A stretch of DNA of 63,373 bases, filler included, from Octopus bimaculoides (GCF_001194135.2; 4 parts of 3 records of this genome joined end to end with filler, not necessarily neighbours in it); one strand, 5' to 3'. Counted from the whole stretch's first letter, positions 13,423 through 27,370 are shown. A program made the numbers and translations. Notes: generated by a model not told the origin, from the letters alone.

Positions 13423-13892
13423 NNNNNNNNNNNNNNNNNNNNNNNNNNNNNNNNNNNNNNNNNNNNNNNNNNNNNNNNNNNNNNNNNNNNNNNNNNNNNN
13501 NNNNNNNNNNNNNNNNNNNNNNNNNNNNNNNNNNNNNNNNNNNNNNNNNNNNNNNNNNNNNNNNNNNNNNNNNNNNNNNNNNNNNNNNNNNNNNNNNNNN
13601 NNNNNNNNNNNNNNNNNNNNNNNNNNNNNNNNNNNNNNNNNNNNNNNNNNNNNNNNNNNNNNNNNNNNNNNNNNNNNNNNNNNNNNNNNNNNNNNNNNNN
13701 NNNNNNNNNNNNNNNNNNNNNNNNNNNNNNNNNNNNNNNNNNNNNNNNNNNNNNNNNNNNNNNNNNNNNNNNNNNNNNNNNNNNNNNNNNNNNNNNNNNN
13801 NNNNNNNNNNNNNNNNNNNNNNNNNNNNNNNNNNNNNNNNNNNNNNNNNNNNNNNNNNNNNNNNNNNNNNNNNNNNNNNNNNNNNNNNNNNN

Positions 13893-13957
<65 letters not shown>

Positions 13958-13974
13958 GTGCGCGCGCGCGTTGT

Positions 13975-15850
13975 ATATATATATTCTGGCATAGAGGACC
14001 AGCATACGTATGGAGTTGGCATTAGTTTGAACAAAGAGCCGACAGCAGCATTAGTTGGCTGGAAGCCAAATGAGCGGATTATAATAGCACGGTTCTAAAC
14101 CAGACTCGAGAAAGTTATTGTAGTTCAGGTTTATGTGCCAATTATGTGCTTCATGGTTGTGCGAATGAGACGAGCAACAATGGAGTAAGAATAGTGCCGT
14201 TGATTGGTACCACAGGACACCAAAGGTGTGGGGAACACCTTTCAACACAATAACATTCAGAAGATAATGTGGACCTTCCCTGATGGTGAGACCAAAAAGG
14301 AAACTGACTACATCTACAATACCAGACGATGGCAACCATCGTTGCTGAGTATTCACAGTTATAAGGGGAGGGGGCAGACGCTGTATCGAACTACAATCTT
14401 GTCGAAGAAGTCCGGCTAAAGTAGAAAAGAACAAAAGTGAACAAACTTTTTGAGAAAACATCAACGCTACCAGGTCGAAACTTGAAGTAACAAACTTGAA
14501 GCACAGCGTCTTATTAATGAATTTAAGAAGCAGTAGAATATGTTTCAACAGACTGCAACAAAAAGTGCAAGTGTCATCTAAGACAAGAGAAAAGATTCCA
14601 ATAAAGAAAGGTGGATTACAGCAGAGACATAGGCTTGTATCGATGAAAGGAGGCAAGCCAGATCAAAGAGTGATTAAGTAAATCTAACCTAACCAGTGGA
14701 AGCTCTACGATGAAGACAATCGGAGAATTTATCGGGAACTGAAGAAAATATACAGATGAGAAAAGCAGCAGTGGCTAGAAAAGAATGGTGTAGAAGCTCA
14801 TGAACTTGTAAACAAAAACGACTAACGAATGTTGTATAAGATCGTGTGCGAGTTAATAAGTGTAAGGAGTAATTTCAATGTACTGATAGAGGCTATGGAT
14901 GGTAAAGTTCTTGCAACAGAAGAGCAACATGCAACGCGCTGGAAAGAGCATTTCCTTGAAGTTTTCAGTTAGCCGATTTCAGCAATTATCTTTGAAATGA
15001 GCAACGACCCAATCATGAATGAAATGAACATCAACATGGCTGATACAACAGCAGAAGTGGATAAAGCAATAAGCAGGTTGAAGATCAACAAAGCAGTTGT
15101 CATGGATGAGATACCTGCCGAACTGTTGAAGCATGGCAGGGGAGCAATTGTACAACGTCTGACATTTGTTTAACTTTGTTTGGAAGCAGGGAGATATGCC
15201 AGATGGCAGGATGCATAGAAATGTAGTCCTGCTACCCAAGAATAGGGTAGTGGGGCCACCTTTCCATGCAATCTTACGGACTGTAACAACTGGTCTAGCA
15301 TTACTGCTATCCGTGTTTGGCAAAGTTCTTTGTAGTGTCCTGCTGAATAGATTAAAGAAGCAGATTGATGCTGCATTGAAAGGAGAGCAGGCAGGTTTTC
15401 GGAGTAGCATGTCCTGCGTGGAACAGATTTTCGTGTTGCGCAATATAATCGAGCAGGGAACATAAAGTGCAGCTGCTTATTAATTTCATCGACTTTAAGA
15501 AAGCATTTAACAGTGTTCACCATCATGCGACCTGAAATATCTTAAGAATCTATGGGGTCCCGAGCAGATATATCAACATCTTTAAGTCTTTGTAGAAAGG
15601 CTCACCGTGTTGCATGAAGACAAGCAGAGGAATCACCGATATGTTCGAAATTGCTACCGGAGTGAGATAGGGTTGCATTTTGTCGCCGTTATTTTTCCTG
15701 GTGATGATTGTCTTCATCACGCGTGAAGATATGGATAGCTCCAGTTTTGGAAAAACGTGGGGACCGGATAGACTGACGGATTTGGGTTTGCAGATGACTT
15801 GGCGTTACTGTTGTCCGCCCTCTTTCCAATCCTCAGAAGCTCTCCCCATG
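13975..15850 (+). mobile_element. Decayed RTE-clade LINE (APE endonuclease plus RT)
   Basis: IYSG..HTYGVGISLNK..ERIIIARF; GNTFQHNNIQKIMWTFPDGETKKETDYI; QAGFRSSMSCVEQIFVLRNIIEQ; FIDFKKAFNSV; GVR*GCILSPLFF; LGFADDLAL. Many stops and frameshifts. Confidence 0.92.
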
Positions 15851-15979
15851 AAGCAACCTGCCTTTTTCTATGATAAATACTGCTCTTCAGTGGAGCCTCT
15901 AATGACATACTAGATTAATGGGATCACCAACTAATAACTAGGTCTTTGAACGTCATAAAGAACGAATAACTTTGTAGTA

Positions 15980-16342
15980 CTTTTACCTTTTCCATGTTTC
16001 AGTCATTGGACTGCAACCGTTCAGGGGCACCGGTTATTTTTAGTCAAACAAATGGTCATCAGGACTCTTTTTAAAAATCTAGTACTTATTATTTCGCTCC
16101 CTTTTGCGGAGCCTTAAACAAATCAATACCGGTTGTCAAGTAGGGTGGGGACACAAACAAGCACAAAGACACACACACGCACACACATACACAGAAAGTT
16201 TCTACACAGTTTCCGTCAATTAGAATTCACTCAGAAGGCCGGGGGCTATAGTACAAGTCATTTGCCGAAGTTGCTGCACAGTGAGGCTGAATCAGAAACC
16301 AAGTGGTTGCAAAGCGAGCTTCTTAATCGTACAACCTGCGCC
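15980..16342 (-). mobile_element. SINE family 1 copy, decayed
   Basis: Homologous to 18193-18552. Confidence 0.75.
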
Positions 16343-17767
16343 TTGCAGACAGGAAAATATTTTTTATTGAGGTTAATTTGCGCAGTATCTTTCAACATAT
16401 TCCTTCTTATATTACCTGCTCTTAAAACTACCATGCAGTAAGTAATGCCTGTTGAAGTTTAATTCCCATTTATCATAGCATATAAACACTTAAGAGAAAA
16501 ATCTAGCCACTAAGCTATGGTCCGATGTTCGAAACAGCAGCCGAATCTCACTCAAATCGCAACATACTATCATAGGAGAAAATGTGTTCTATAATGCAAT
16601 ATATTCTATTTTTTTTTATAATGCAATTCGACGTAGAAACCAATAAAGACCGGATGATCACAACTGAAATGCTTTTGATCAAAGTTGACTTGGGGCTAAA
16701 CAGCAACGTCCTACTCATATTTGAATTGGTTGAATCATTGGAAATTAAATTGCTTCACAAAGGGCGTAGCAGTTCTGGCGGTGGTGGGTTTTTGGCTCGT
16801 CAGGTTTACACATTAATGACTCAATCTGCCCAGGATGTCAACCTGTTTGAATTCATCCTGATGTTTAATATATTCTTTTCTTTCGATGAATAAACCCTCA
16901 CCCCCTCCCTTATACACACAAAATCATCATCAAAGCATATTCCCATTCTTCTATTATAGCATAATAATTCAGTTACAAATCTACTGTGTATGATAAGCGA
17001 TATGAAATTAAAGCTTTGGTAGCTAAACTTGGTGAATTAGAGAACTAATACGCTCTAATGAGCAGATATAACTTCAAATACATATAGAATATTTCCCCCA
17101 GTCACAAAACTAGAATGTTAATGTGAGTGGAGTAGGGGAAAATACACAAGCCATCCCAGTCATAAGCTGCAATATAAATTGGAAATAAAGTGAAAGAAGA
17201 GTCTACTGCATTGCAAATTTCCCCGTCTTATAACTTAGATAGAAAGGATATATATTTACACACGATCTGATATAATAGATAACGAAGTAGAGTACGACGA
17301 TGTTCGCTTTTTTGTTTTGTTACTGCCGGATAAATATAGGCTAAAATTATGTAAGTATAGGCTAAAAAGAAGCATTATTTTTCTTTAAAAATGTCGACCT
17401 CCAGAGATGCTTAGGGAAACGCCATACACTAAACTCTCAATACACGAAATATTTTTGTTCACCTCCTCATATTATGGTGTTCTGTGTACAGTTTCCCCTC
17501 TGCTACCACACCCGTGAGATAGTCTTAGGAAGTGTATAGAATAGAAAACAGATTCAAAACAGCTTAACCAGCTGTTGGGGGCAAATCTCCGTCACATTAC
17601 AGGGCAATTTGTGTGTGTATATATTCCCTAAAATTGGTTATATTCCCTAAAACTATATATATTTTATATATACTTTATCTATAAGGCTCAATTTAATTTT
17701 AATTTTTTATAAATTGATTTTAATTGAGTTTTTTACCTGTAATTTTGGATTTTGTCCCTAATAATAT

Positions 17768-17802
<35 letters not shown>

Positions 17803-18192
17803 CAGAGACAGTTAGAATTCTACCTAGAACTAATTACTAGCCTGATAGCCTTGGCTATGTCAAGATGGATTTTTATGTATTCTTCTTCCCAGTGGGATTT
17901 TAAACGTTGCCACAATAACAATATGTCTATTCTACTGTAATTTTCTACATTTTTGTGCAGCTGAAGATTGCTCTACATATTGCATTTAATGTGATGCTCG
18001 CATTACTTAAATAAATGGAGTAGCATGAAACGTGCGTACTGCAGTCATCTTTAAANNNNNNNNNNNNNNNNNNNNNNNNNNNNNNNNNNNNNNNNNNNNN
18101 NNNNNNNNNNNNNNNNNNNNNNNNNNNNNNNNNNNNNNNNNNNNNNNNNNNNNNNNNNNNNNNNNNNNNNNATATATATATATATACACACA

Positions 18193-18552
18193 TCTTTTAC
18201 TCTTTTACTTGTTTCAGTCATTTGACTGCGGCCATGCTGGACCACCGACTTTAGTCGAGCAGATCGACCCCCAGGACTTATTCTTTGTAAGCCTAGTACT
18301 TATTCTATCGGTCTCTTTTACCGAACCGCTAAGTTACGGGGACGTAAACACACCAGCATTGGTTGTCAAGCGATGTTGGGGGCACAGACACAGATACACA
18401 AACATATACACACATATACATATATACGACGGGATTCTTTCAGTTTCCGTCTACCAAATCCACTCACAAGGCATTGGACACTTGCCCAAGGTGCCACGCG
18501 ACTGAACCCAGAACCATGTGCTTGGTAAGCAAGCTACTTACCACACAGCCAC
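18193..18552 (-). mobile_element. SINE family 1 copy
   Basis: Near full length; closely similar to 793-1590. Confidence 0.9.
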
Positions 18553-18677
18553 ATATATGCCCATACATATATGTATATAATTTTTTGCGACAGAAGCAGT
18601 ATTAATACCAAAAGGCAATCTTTATGTTCAACTTAACTTTGTTAGAATACCAAATATTGCGGCATTTCCCTTCAGAG

Positions 18678-19009
18678 GACCTCTCATCTGGACGCTTGGT
18701 GCATAAAAGCACTCATATCTATATCGTTGGCGGACATGAATCGTCTGCTATTGGCATTAGAACTGCCATTATCTTTTAATAAACCTGCTGGCTATTTGCG
18801 ACATCAACGCCTGAAGAGTTACAGGTACTCTATATATCGTTGACTGTGGGATTTGTCTGGTATGTGGCCAGCGGATAGCTGTAACTGAAGAGATGCAGTA
18901 CATCGAAATCACATGATCTGTTAGTTTCGGCACCCATGGCAGACGATACACGTCTGCCAACAGTATAAATATGTATGCTTTTATGCAGCAAGAGTCCATA
19001 TGAGAGGTC
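18678..19009. mobile_element. Decayed MITE with ~80-bp terminal inverted repeats
   Basis: Left gacctctcatctggacgcttggtgcataaaagcactcatatctatatcgttggcggac versus right reverse complement gacctctcatatggactcttgctgcataaaagcatacatatttatactgttggcagac. Confidence 0.75.
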
Positions 19010-19414
19010 TTCTCCAGCTGGATACCGCATCGTTCGGCGTTCTAACAAAGCATCTACATTATGTTGGATATAAAAATTGCCCTTTGCAAATATATGTATG
19101 ACGGTTTAAGCGTTAAAAAATATCGACATCCAGAATTTCGATAACATGAAAACCAAAAAAAAAAAACAAGAAAAAAAGGAGAGAGGAAAAGCTGGTACCA
19201 AAATATGTCTGTACGCAAAGCTGGTGATCCTTGTGCTAAGGAAAACACTCTTTCATTATTACTCAAATGAAAATCATTTTCTTTAGAGGACAGTGAAGAA
19301 TTGTAAATATTTTTTTCCGGGGAAATTTATGGCCACAGGCTAGAATTATTTTGTGTCCCTGTTTATTACTGCTGTTGACATTCCACTTCTGATACCCTTT
19401 ATACCTAAGCCTGT

Positions 19415-19513
<99 letters not shown>

Positions 19514-19585
19514 TGCACATACATACACACACACACACACATAGTATTAATAATAGGAGATGGATTTCGTATTAGACTTTTATTA

Positions 19586-19630
19586 GGTACAACATATGTT
19601 TCAACCCATCAGTCTAGGTCTCTTCAGGTA
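19586..19630 (-). ncRNA. Minimal type-I hammerhead ribozyme-like motif (Penelope pseudo-LTR remnant)
   Basis: Minus: TAC CTGAAGA GACC-loop-GGTT GAAA CATATG TT GTA, followed by AATAAA. Stem III is palindromic (ACATATGT); stem I is only 3 bp. Confidence 0.5.
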
Positions 19631-21922
19631 TATTGATAATTAAACATGCGAGTCTCTATAAATCATTATCCCGGAAATGCCAGCTATGTTCCGAAGAGTC
19701 ACTCTCGGTATAGTTAACAAAGGAGCGCATTATAAACAGATTTACGGAGTAATTACCCAGGTTTCTGCATACAGCTAAACACATTCACATACAACAATCT
19801 AAACCACACCTAACTAATGCAAACCTAACACCCACAACTCGGATTAATCTTTCTGAGTTAAAACTTTATATACTAAAAAAGATCCGAATGACGTATTTAG
19901 AAACGTAACTTTACAATCCAGATGTGTATATCTATATAGATATATGTATCTATATATGTATGTATGTATGTATGTATGTTTGTATGTATGTATGTATTAT
20001 GTATGAATGTGTATGTGTATACGAATGGATATGTATATAAATATATATATGTATGTGTGTGTGTATGGATCTATGTACGTATCTACAGGCATCTTTATGT
20101 ATCTGTGTGTATATGTATATATGTGTACTTAGATATATGTGTTTGTGTATATATGTATAGATATATATATGTATATATATATGTATATGTATGTATATAT
20201 ATATAGTTTTAGGGAAAAGAACCAAGGTTCATGAACTCATCGATGAAAATCCACTGTCACATATAGAAAAATTAATAAGTAAAAGCACAATAAACAAGTA
20301 TNNNNNNNNNNNNNNNNNNNNNNNNNNNNNNNNNNNNNNNNNNNNNNNNNNNNNNNNNNNNNNNNNNNNNNNNNNNNNNNNNNNNNNNNNNNNNNNNNNN
20401 NNNNNNNNNNNNNNNNNNNNNNNNNNNNNNNNNNNNNNNNNNNNNNNNNNNNNNNNNNNNNNNNNNNNNNNNNNNNNNNNNNNNNNNNNNNNNNNNNNNN
20501 NNNNNNNNNNNNNNNNNNNNNNNNNNNNNNNNNNNNNNNNNNNNNNNNNNNNNNNNNNNNNNNNNNNNNNNNNNNNNNNNNNNNNNNNNNNNNNNNNNNN
20601 NNNNNNNNNNNNNNNNNNNNNNNNNNNNNNNNNNNNNNNNNNNNNNNNNNNNNNNNNNNNNNNNNNNNNNNNNNNNNNNNNNNNNNNNNNNNNNNNNNNN
20701 NNNNNNNNNNNNNNNNNNNNNNNNNNNNNNNNNNNNNNNNNNNNNNNNNNNNTATATATATATATATATATATATATCCCAAGTTTTCTTTCCTCAGTCG
20801 AGTTCCAGATTATCTTTGCAATTTCGCTTGGTAATACTCGAGATTGCTCCAATCTGGCCAGCCCCAAGGAAAAACTAAGTTAAGAGCACTAGATTCTTTG
20901 GAACAAAGCAGCGAATGTATACGAAAACAAGGACGGAAGTAAACGGAGAAATGCTACACAGATACAAATGCAAATAACAAGATATAACAACAGGTGTCTT
21001 TCGACTAAGGACGAATCAAATTAAGCTGGCGTGTGTGGAAGTGAAGCCTTACGGCAGGGACATAAGAGATGGCAAGCATGAGGAGGCATATAGACGTTGC
21101 ATAGATGGTAGTCGACCCAAGAAAGAAAGGTCACGTGGAGAGAGAGGAGAGAGGTAGAGGCAGAAGGAAAGAAGAATTTGGGAGGGACGAGAAAAAAAGA
21201 AAATAGACAGAATGAAGTGATAGAGGAGGGAAGGTGAGAACGAAGAGAAAGCCAGGAAATGTGAGAGAGGGGGAACGAAAGAAAGAAGAGTGGAAACAAC
21301 GAAGTAAGTGGGAAAGGGCTGATAAAAAGAAAAAAAGAATGAAACAATAAGAGAGTTGTACAAAATTTATATATATATATATATATATATATNNNNNNNN
21401 NNNNNNNNNNNNNNNNNNNNNNNNNNNNNNNNNNNNNNNNNNNNNNNNNNNNNNNNNNNNNNNNNNNNNNNNNNNNNNNNNNNNNNNNNNNNNNNNNNNN
21501 NNNNNNNNNNNNNNNNNNNNNNNNNNNNNNNNNNNNATATATGTACTTACATATAAGAGACCAAAGTGTACGTACGCTGCCATATGTATATAAAAAGGAA
21601 TACAAAAAATGGAACAAGAAAGCAAAACATCCAGGCAGCTAGATGATACAAAAAAGGGACAAAAAAAAACACGGACGAGTCATTCGAAGTTTTCTTTCCT
21701 CAGTCGAGTTCCAGATCATCTTTGCAATTTCGGCTGGTTATACTCGAGATTGCTTCAATCTGGCCAGCCCCAAAGAAAAACTAAGATAAGAGCACTAGAT
21801 TCCTTGTAAGAAAGCTTATAGGGATATTTTTATCCAAGATTCTCTGGTTTGATATATTATATTCTGAAGACATATTTCTTCAATGAATATATTATATAAG
21901 ATATCGTAAAATATCAAATATT

Positions 21923-22495
21923 ATTATCGAGTTAGAAAACAGAGAGATCTAATGGATACAAATTAATTCATTCTTTTCTACTCTAGGCATAAGGCCCGAA
22001 ATTTCTGGGGAGGGGGCCAGTCGATTAGATTGACCCCAGTACGCAACTGGTACTGAATTTATCGACCCCGAGAAGATGAAAGGCAAAGTCAACCTAGTCG
22101 GAATTTGAACTCATAACGTAAAGACAGACGAAATAACGCTTAGCATTTCGCCCGGCATGCTAACATTTTTGCCACCTCACCACCTTATATAAATTAATTT
22201 ATTAATTATTTAACATATTCACCTACAATTGTTTCATTTCAAAACCAAAATTAAAACTACAAAACATATATAAATATATAATTTTGCATTTTGAAATACC
22301 TTGGATGGAAAAGAATCAGGGTGCACAAAGGATCTGGTGATCTTCCCTCCAACGTATTTTAAAATGCAAAATTATATATATTTATTTGTTTTGTAGTTTT
22401 AATTTTGATTGTGAAATGAAACAATTGTAGGTGATGATGTTAATTAATAAATTAATTTGCATCCATTAGATCTCTCCGTTTTCTAACTCGATAAT
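21923..22495. mobile_element. Foldback MITE (~170-bp arms) interrupted by a SINE
   Basis: Left arm attatcgagttagaaaacagagagatctaatggatacaaattaatt...cacctacaattgtttcatttc...attttgcattttgaaatac mirrors the right arm ending ...gatctctccgttttctaactcgataat. Confidence 0.85.
21969..22190 (-). mobile_element. SINE family 2 copy inserted into the MITE arm
   Basis: Full SINE body. Likely TSD aaattaatt at 21960-21968 and 22191-22199. Confidence 0.88.
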
Positions 22496-22745
22496 GTATA
22501 TATATATATATATATATATATATCCACAGGCACACATACATACATATGTATATGTGTGTGCTGCACTATGGAATCGAACTTAGAACCTTTGTAACTTTTG
22601 CTTCATAATCGCATGTCCTCTCTACGCCTATATTTCTTATACTAAACTTCTTTCGTTCACATAGACTCTGTGTCTCGCTTTGTCTCTCTTCAAATATATT
22701 CTGTGTGTACCAGACATATTTGTGTATGGATGTGTGCATGTGTGT

Positions 22746-22796
<51 letters not shown>

Positions 22797-23939
22797 TGTT
22801 TTAACGGATAAAACTTATTTGTGGTCTCATTCTCTTCTGTTACAAACATTTCGACAGATTATATATATATTTCTTTGGCAAACAATCCCATGACATCCCG
22901 CTAAGATTCATATGCAAGTTCCATCATATTGTACCATTAATGACGCATAAGTATTTGTCATAATGTTTACCTTTTAGAATAAAACCAAACAATCCTAGTA
23001 TTTAATTTGAAGGACATTTTGAAGCATCTTTTAACCTTACAAATGCGCAGCACGAAACTTTATGGTTTGGTTCTACTCATTTTGGAATACTTGAAAGGAA
23101 ATTTTTTACATGTAGAAAACAGAGTAACTAGGAACACGGTCTAAAGTATTTTATATAAACAACAGTCATCTGACAGGGAGGTAAAATTCTCTGAAACAAC
23201 ATCTCCAGCTTTTGAATTAAACATTTACTTTATATTTTGTTGTCTTGTAAATGTTGCGAGAATTCTGCTGTTTCAAAGTATATTCCTGCATTTTTTTATA
23301 TTTTCACAAATTTAGAGTTATGCTGGTTGAGATATTAACAAATTGGAAGACTTATTTACGTGTTTCGAATAAGCGTGTTTTCTGCCATCTTGACATTCTG
23401 CTGCAAGTTCAATTTCAAGAAGTTGATGAAGGATAGGTTGGAGGGATCATGAAAACTCTTTCGCTATAGTAATTAGACAGAGAAAAATGTCCTGTCCTTC
23501 ATTGCCATAGTGAGCGATGGCTTGATTCAAACTTAACTCCAAAGTTAGCAACTCCCGAGTACTAAATAAATACGTCACGCATGCGCAATGACAGCCTTCA
23601 GTAGAATGAAAGAATTCTATATTGTCTGATTGGTCGAGGTCTGAGATCCTAACAGTATTCCAGATGCATGATACCCACCTTGATCCAGGCTTGAATTTGA
23701 TATTAACTCCGTGGAAAAAATGTCACTGGCAAAGGCGAACACGAATGCACATTATCCACCACGGCATTCTGAGTAGGCCGTGCAGATGGACCTTCTCGTC
23801 TGTAGAATATGGCCATTCTATAAAAACAGAACTAGCATGCGCACTAGCTAGAGAATATTGCACGGAACTAAGAAAAAAAGTATAATTTGGAGAGATGGTA
23901 CGATTATCAACCTAGCGGAGTATAAGAAAAAGGAATTTA

Positions 23940-24330
23940 AGTTGTAGCAGTTCAATATTGAAAATGGGTGAAGTAAGACAAAACATTGAAGCAAAAGCAC
24001 CACAAATTGTTATCGTGAACGAAATGAAAGATATAGCAAAATACTTCTTTTGGCATCTCTGCAGGACAGCAGAATGTACGAGAAAAAATAAAGAAAGTTT
24101 GAAAAATACCAAAACCTAAAAAGTGCAAGGATGTGGACCATAAAAAAAATACTGAAATGGTCCCAGTGGTAACGAAGGATCTTGATATTCATGCATCTTT
24201 ACTTTCAAAAAGCTGCTTAAATTTGTGAAAAAAATTGTACTTAAAGAAGTATAAAACTATTTAGTAGAAATAGGTATTCCGCCCACGGATTTCTCAAAAG
24301 TCACAAACAAAGCTTCGATTGAGGTACGCT
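23940..24330 (+). mobile_element. Decayed RLE-domain fragment of an R4/Dong-like element
   Basis: IEAKAPQIVIVNEMK...KFEKYQNLKSARMWT..EMVPVV, with frameshifts. Confidence 0.7.
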
Positions 24331-25454
24331 TCGTTATGTAATTAAAGAAAAGATTGAAGCAGAAATGATTACAACATGAGAACTCCCTAAAAGGATTATT
24401 CCCAAAGTAACTATATTGACTGGATTGTGACAAACAACAGAGTTCCAGCTGGTTCTTTGAACAGCATTCAGTGAGAATATAGAACCCTGGGGATTGCCAT
24501 TCAGTATCAGTGTCTCTGAATGAAATATTACCAAAAGTACATTTTGAAGCAGACTTTCAAGCTGGAATGCTGCTCGAGTGATAGGTTTAATATGTCCATC
24601 AACCACATACTAAATGGATGATCCACATTGCATCAGAACATGCCAGAAACTTTGATAGCTTTTCTACCTAAGAACATTAGAAGACATGCAAAGAAATCAA
24701 AATCACCGCTACAGAAATATCGTATAAGCATGTACAAGAGTATACACTAGAAAATTAAATGTTGCGATTCTCTAGGATTACCGGTAAAAAGATACTAGGT
24801 TACTAGACGGAAGAGCCTAACAAGCGATTAATGTATTGTAGACTAATTGTGTGCCTCGCTTAAGTGGCAATAAAATTGAGACTGTGAGATAGGGAAACAA
24901 AGAGCCTTGTTATGAGAGCGGTATTATGACGGAATTTTCAGAGCGATGGACAAATGCTTAACAGGTTTTGGTAAGGACCCTTTAAGTTCCAGTTTCAAAT
25001 CCCGTGAGAAATGTGACATTTAATCTGGGTCAAGAAAATGAAGTACAATTCAAATGGTTTCGATACTATCGGCTAGACTATCGACATATAAACTCTATTC
25101 CTTTGCCGATTTTAGAGGCCATCTTGTTTCTATTATTAATTGTCTGTTTCCGAAAACACTCAAACACAGATACAGACACACATGCGCCAACACACAGACA
25201 CACATGCACAAGCACACATACACAGATACATACAAATATACAAAGACAGACAGAGGCAAAGAGCAAACATATATAACAGATACATAGATATACAAAGGCA
25301 CGTATAAGTCACACGTTCATAAACAAACACACAATACGAATAACATTCCTGTGAAATGTTGACATAAATACACAGACTATAAATACTTGTTTCACCAAAC
25401 ATCGTAAAAAGACTATTATTTCTTAAACCTGTCTCCCCATTCTCATTATTCTAC

Positions 25455-25506
<52 letters not shown>

Positions 25507-25606
25507 NNNNNNNNNNNNNNNNNNNNNNNNNNNNNNNNNNNNNNNNNNNNTTAATTAATTAANNNNNNNNNNNNNNNNNNNNNNNNNNNNNNNNNNNNNN
25601 NNNNNN
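25507..25606. other. Artificial scaffold spacer (44 N + TTAATTAATTAA + 44 N)
   Basis: Same structure as 11461-11560. Confidence 0.95.
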
Positions 25607-25962
25607 AACGTTCACGGTTCAAGGAAGGCAACTCTGTCATATCTAATAAAAAAAAATTCCTAATTATGTCCCTTGGCACGTATCGCGAGATGATTTAGCA
25701 CGTTTCTGTGTTTATTCTTGTGTGAAAAAGTCCGTGTATGCGTTGGACTATTCCTCCTCATACTTTAATTTATTTATTTGGAGCCAATGAACAAATCTGT
25801 ACAGATGTGTTTCTTTTGTTTGTACCTTCTGGTATTATGCACATACTAGAAAAGACAAATACTCTCTTTCCTCCGCCCTTTTTTCTATCTTTTTATCTTT
25901 TTTCTTGCTCTCTGTATACACGCACACACACATACCCACACCCACACATGCATATATGTATG

Positions 25963-27370
25963 TTTTCTCTTTTTATTCAAGTTCTTAAGGAAGTTCAGGC
26001 CGGTTGCTAACAAAGCAACAAGATCATTTGAGCTAAGCGAGTTCCTGCTGTGTGGAATTATATGTCTGAGTTGGTGTGTGCATCTATTCACTTAAAGATT
26101 TTCAAATTAGAATCTTTGGAATGTCTCACAAATCTTCATTGTGCCACTAATAGATTGGATTTGGAGAATCCGCGTCAGTTTCTTTTGCTCTTTGTTCGAA
26201 AAACCTACCGTTTCTAGCTTTTTTTTTTTTAGAATCTTATTGATACATGACCTAATGCACTTATGATGACAGGTACAAATGAAAATTTATAGTTAGGGTA
26301 CAAGAGCTGTAAATTTCGCATTAATTCGCCTCAAATGTTCTCTTTTTTCCTGGACCTTTGATAGAACATTCACAGATAGCATCTCGTAGACACTTAAGGA
26401 GCAGCTGCTGATAATGTGGGTGTTATCTTCCACACTAGTATTGCAGAGCCGACATTTTTTATTACCCCATAGGGGATTAGTAACTTTGTCCCTCTTGTTT
26501 AACAAGTATTTAATAGCTATCTTCTGTTCCTTTTAGGTCCATGAAAGGTTACTCTTCCTGTCAATGCTGTTGTCATCCTATAGTTTACAGGATATGAATC
26601 CATGCATTGCTTTTCGTTGTTATGATGCCTGCTTCTCCTCCAATTCTCTGGTTAGGTAGACCAGTCCAACCTCGTTTGGATCACATGAGAGTATTATCAG
26701 AGTAGCTGCACAGTTCTTCTCCAATACTGATGAATATACATGAAATGTACTCGTTCCTTTCCTTACTGTTCGGTAGGTGTTGTTTGAATGATACAATGTG
26801 GCATTCAAAGGCTGTTTGCACTGACCTTTATGCCTCTACCGCTATCATTTTGTTCCATATATCCTATCGGTGTCGCTGTTAATGTGAAAGTTGCCAGTGA
26901 TGGTTGATACCTTTCTGGTTTTGATGTCCAAGTTGCATGTCCATTCCAAGATCCCAAATTTTGCTACTAGTACTGGTACCGAAAAGCATTGTGAAATATG
27001 GTCTTGAGATAGTTCTGAGTTCCATATTTTCCGGAGTCTACAAAAGTATCTCTTTTGTTATTCTGGCTTTAGTCGCAACACCAATGTACATAACATTCTC
27101 ATCGATTCCGAGATATTTTTAGTTTTCATCATTAATGATAGACAAGTCATTGATGTACATATCCTCAGCGTGACTCGTTCTAATTGTCTCTTGATGGTGA
27201 TCAAGTTACCAGGATATAACTTTAGGTCATTAACAAATAATGTGACATAATTTTAATTACTTTTTGCATGTCCCAGCATGTAGGCTTGGCATTTTGTCAA
27301 CAGAGTTGACGAGGGATTCACAGCGAATACAAACAACATTAAGATAAATTATCACCCTGGAATATACCTG
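25963..27370 (-). mobile_element. RLE non-LTR retrotransposon (CATA-associated family): RT domain 4 to 3' end, internally deleted
   Basis: Minus: GIFQGDNLS..., HYLFVNDLKLY, CRLCNTSVEDNTHIISSC (CCHC), then a jump to LMRNLQLLYPNYKFSFVPVIISALG. The 3' UTR is followed by catacatatatgcatg. Confidence 0.88.

Noticed and set aside
23565-23640. Cluster of promoter-like motifs (ACGTCA, GCATGCGC, ATTGG)
   Set aside because: Short motifs expected by chance; no linked transcription start or first exon identified.
24430-24620. GNPQGSIFS on the minus strand, resembling the RT QG motif of CR1/L2 LINEs
   Set aside because: Single motif without a convincing YADD or flanking domains; too decayed to call.
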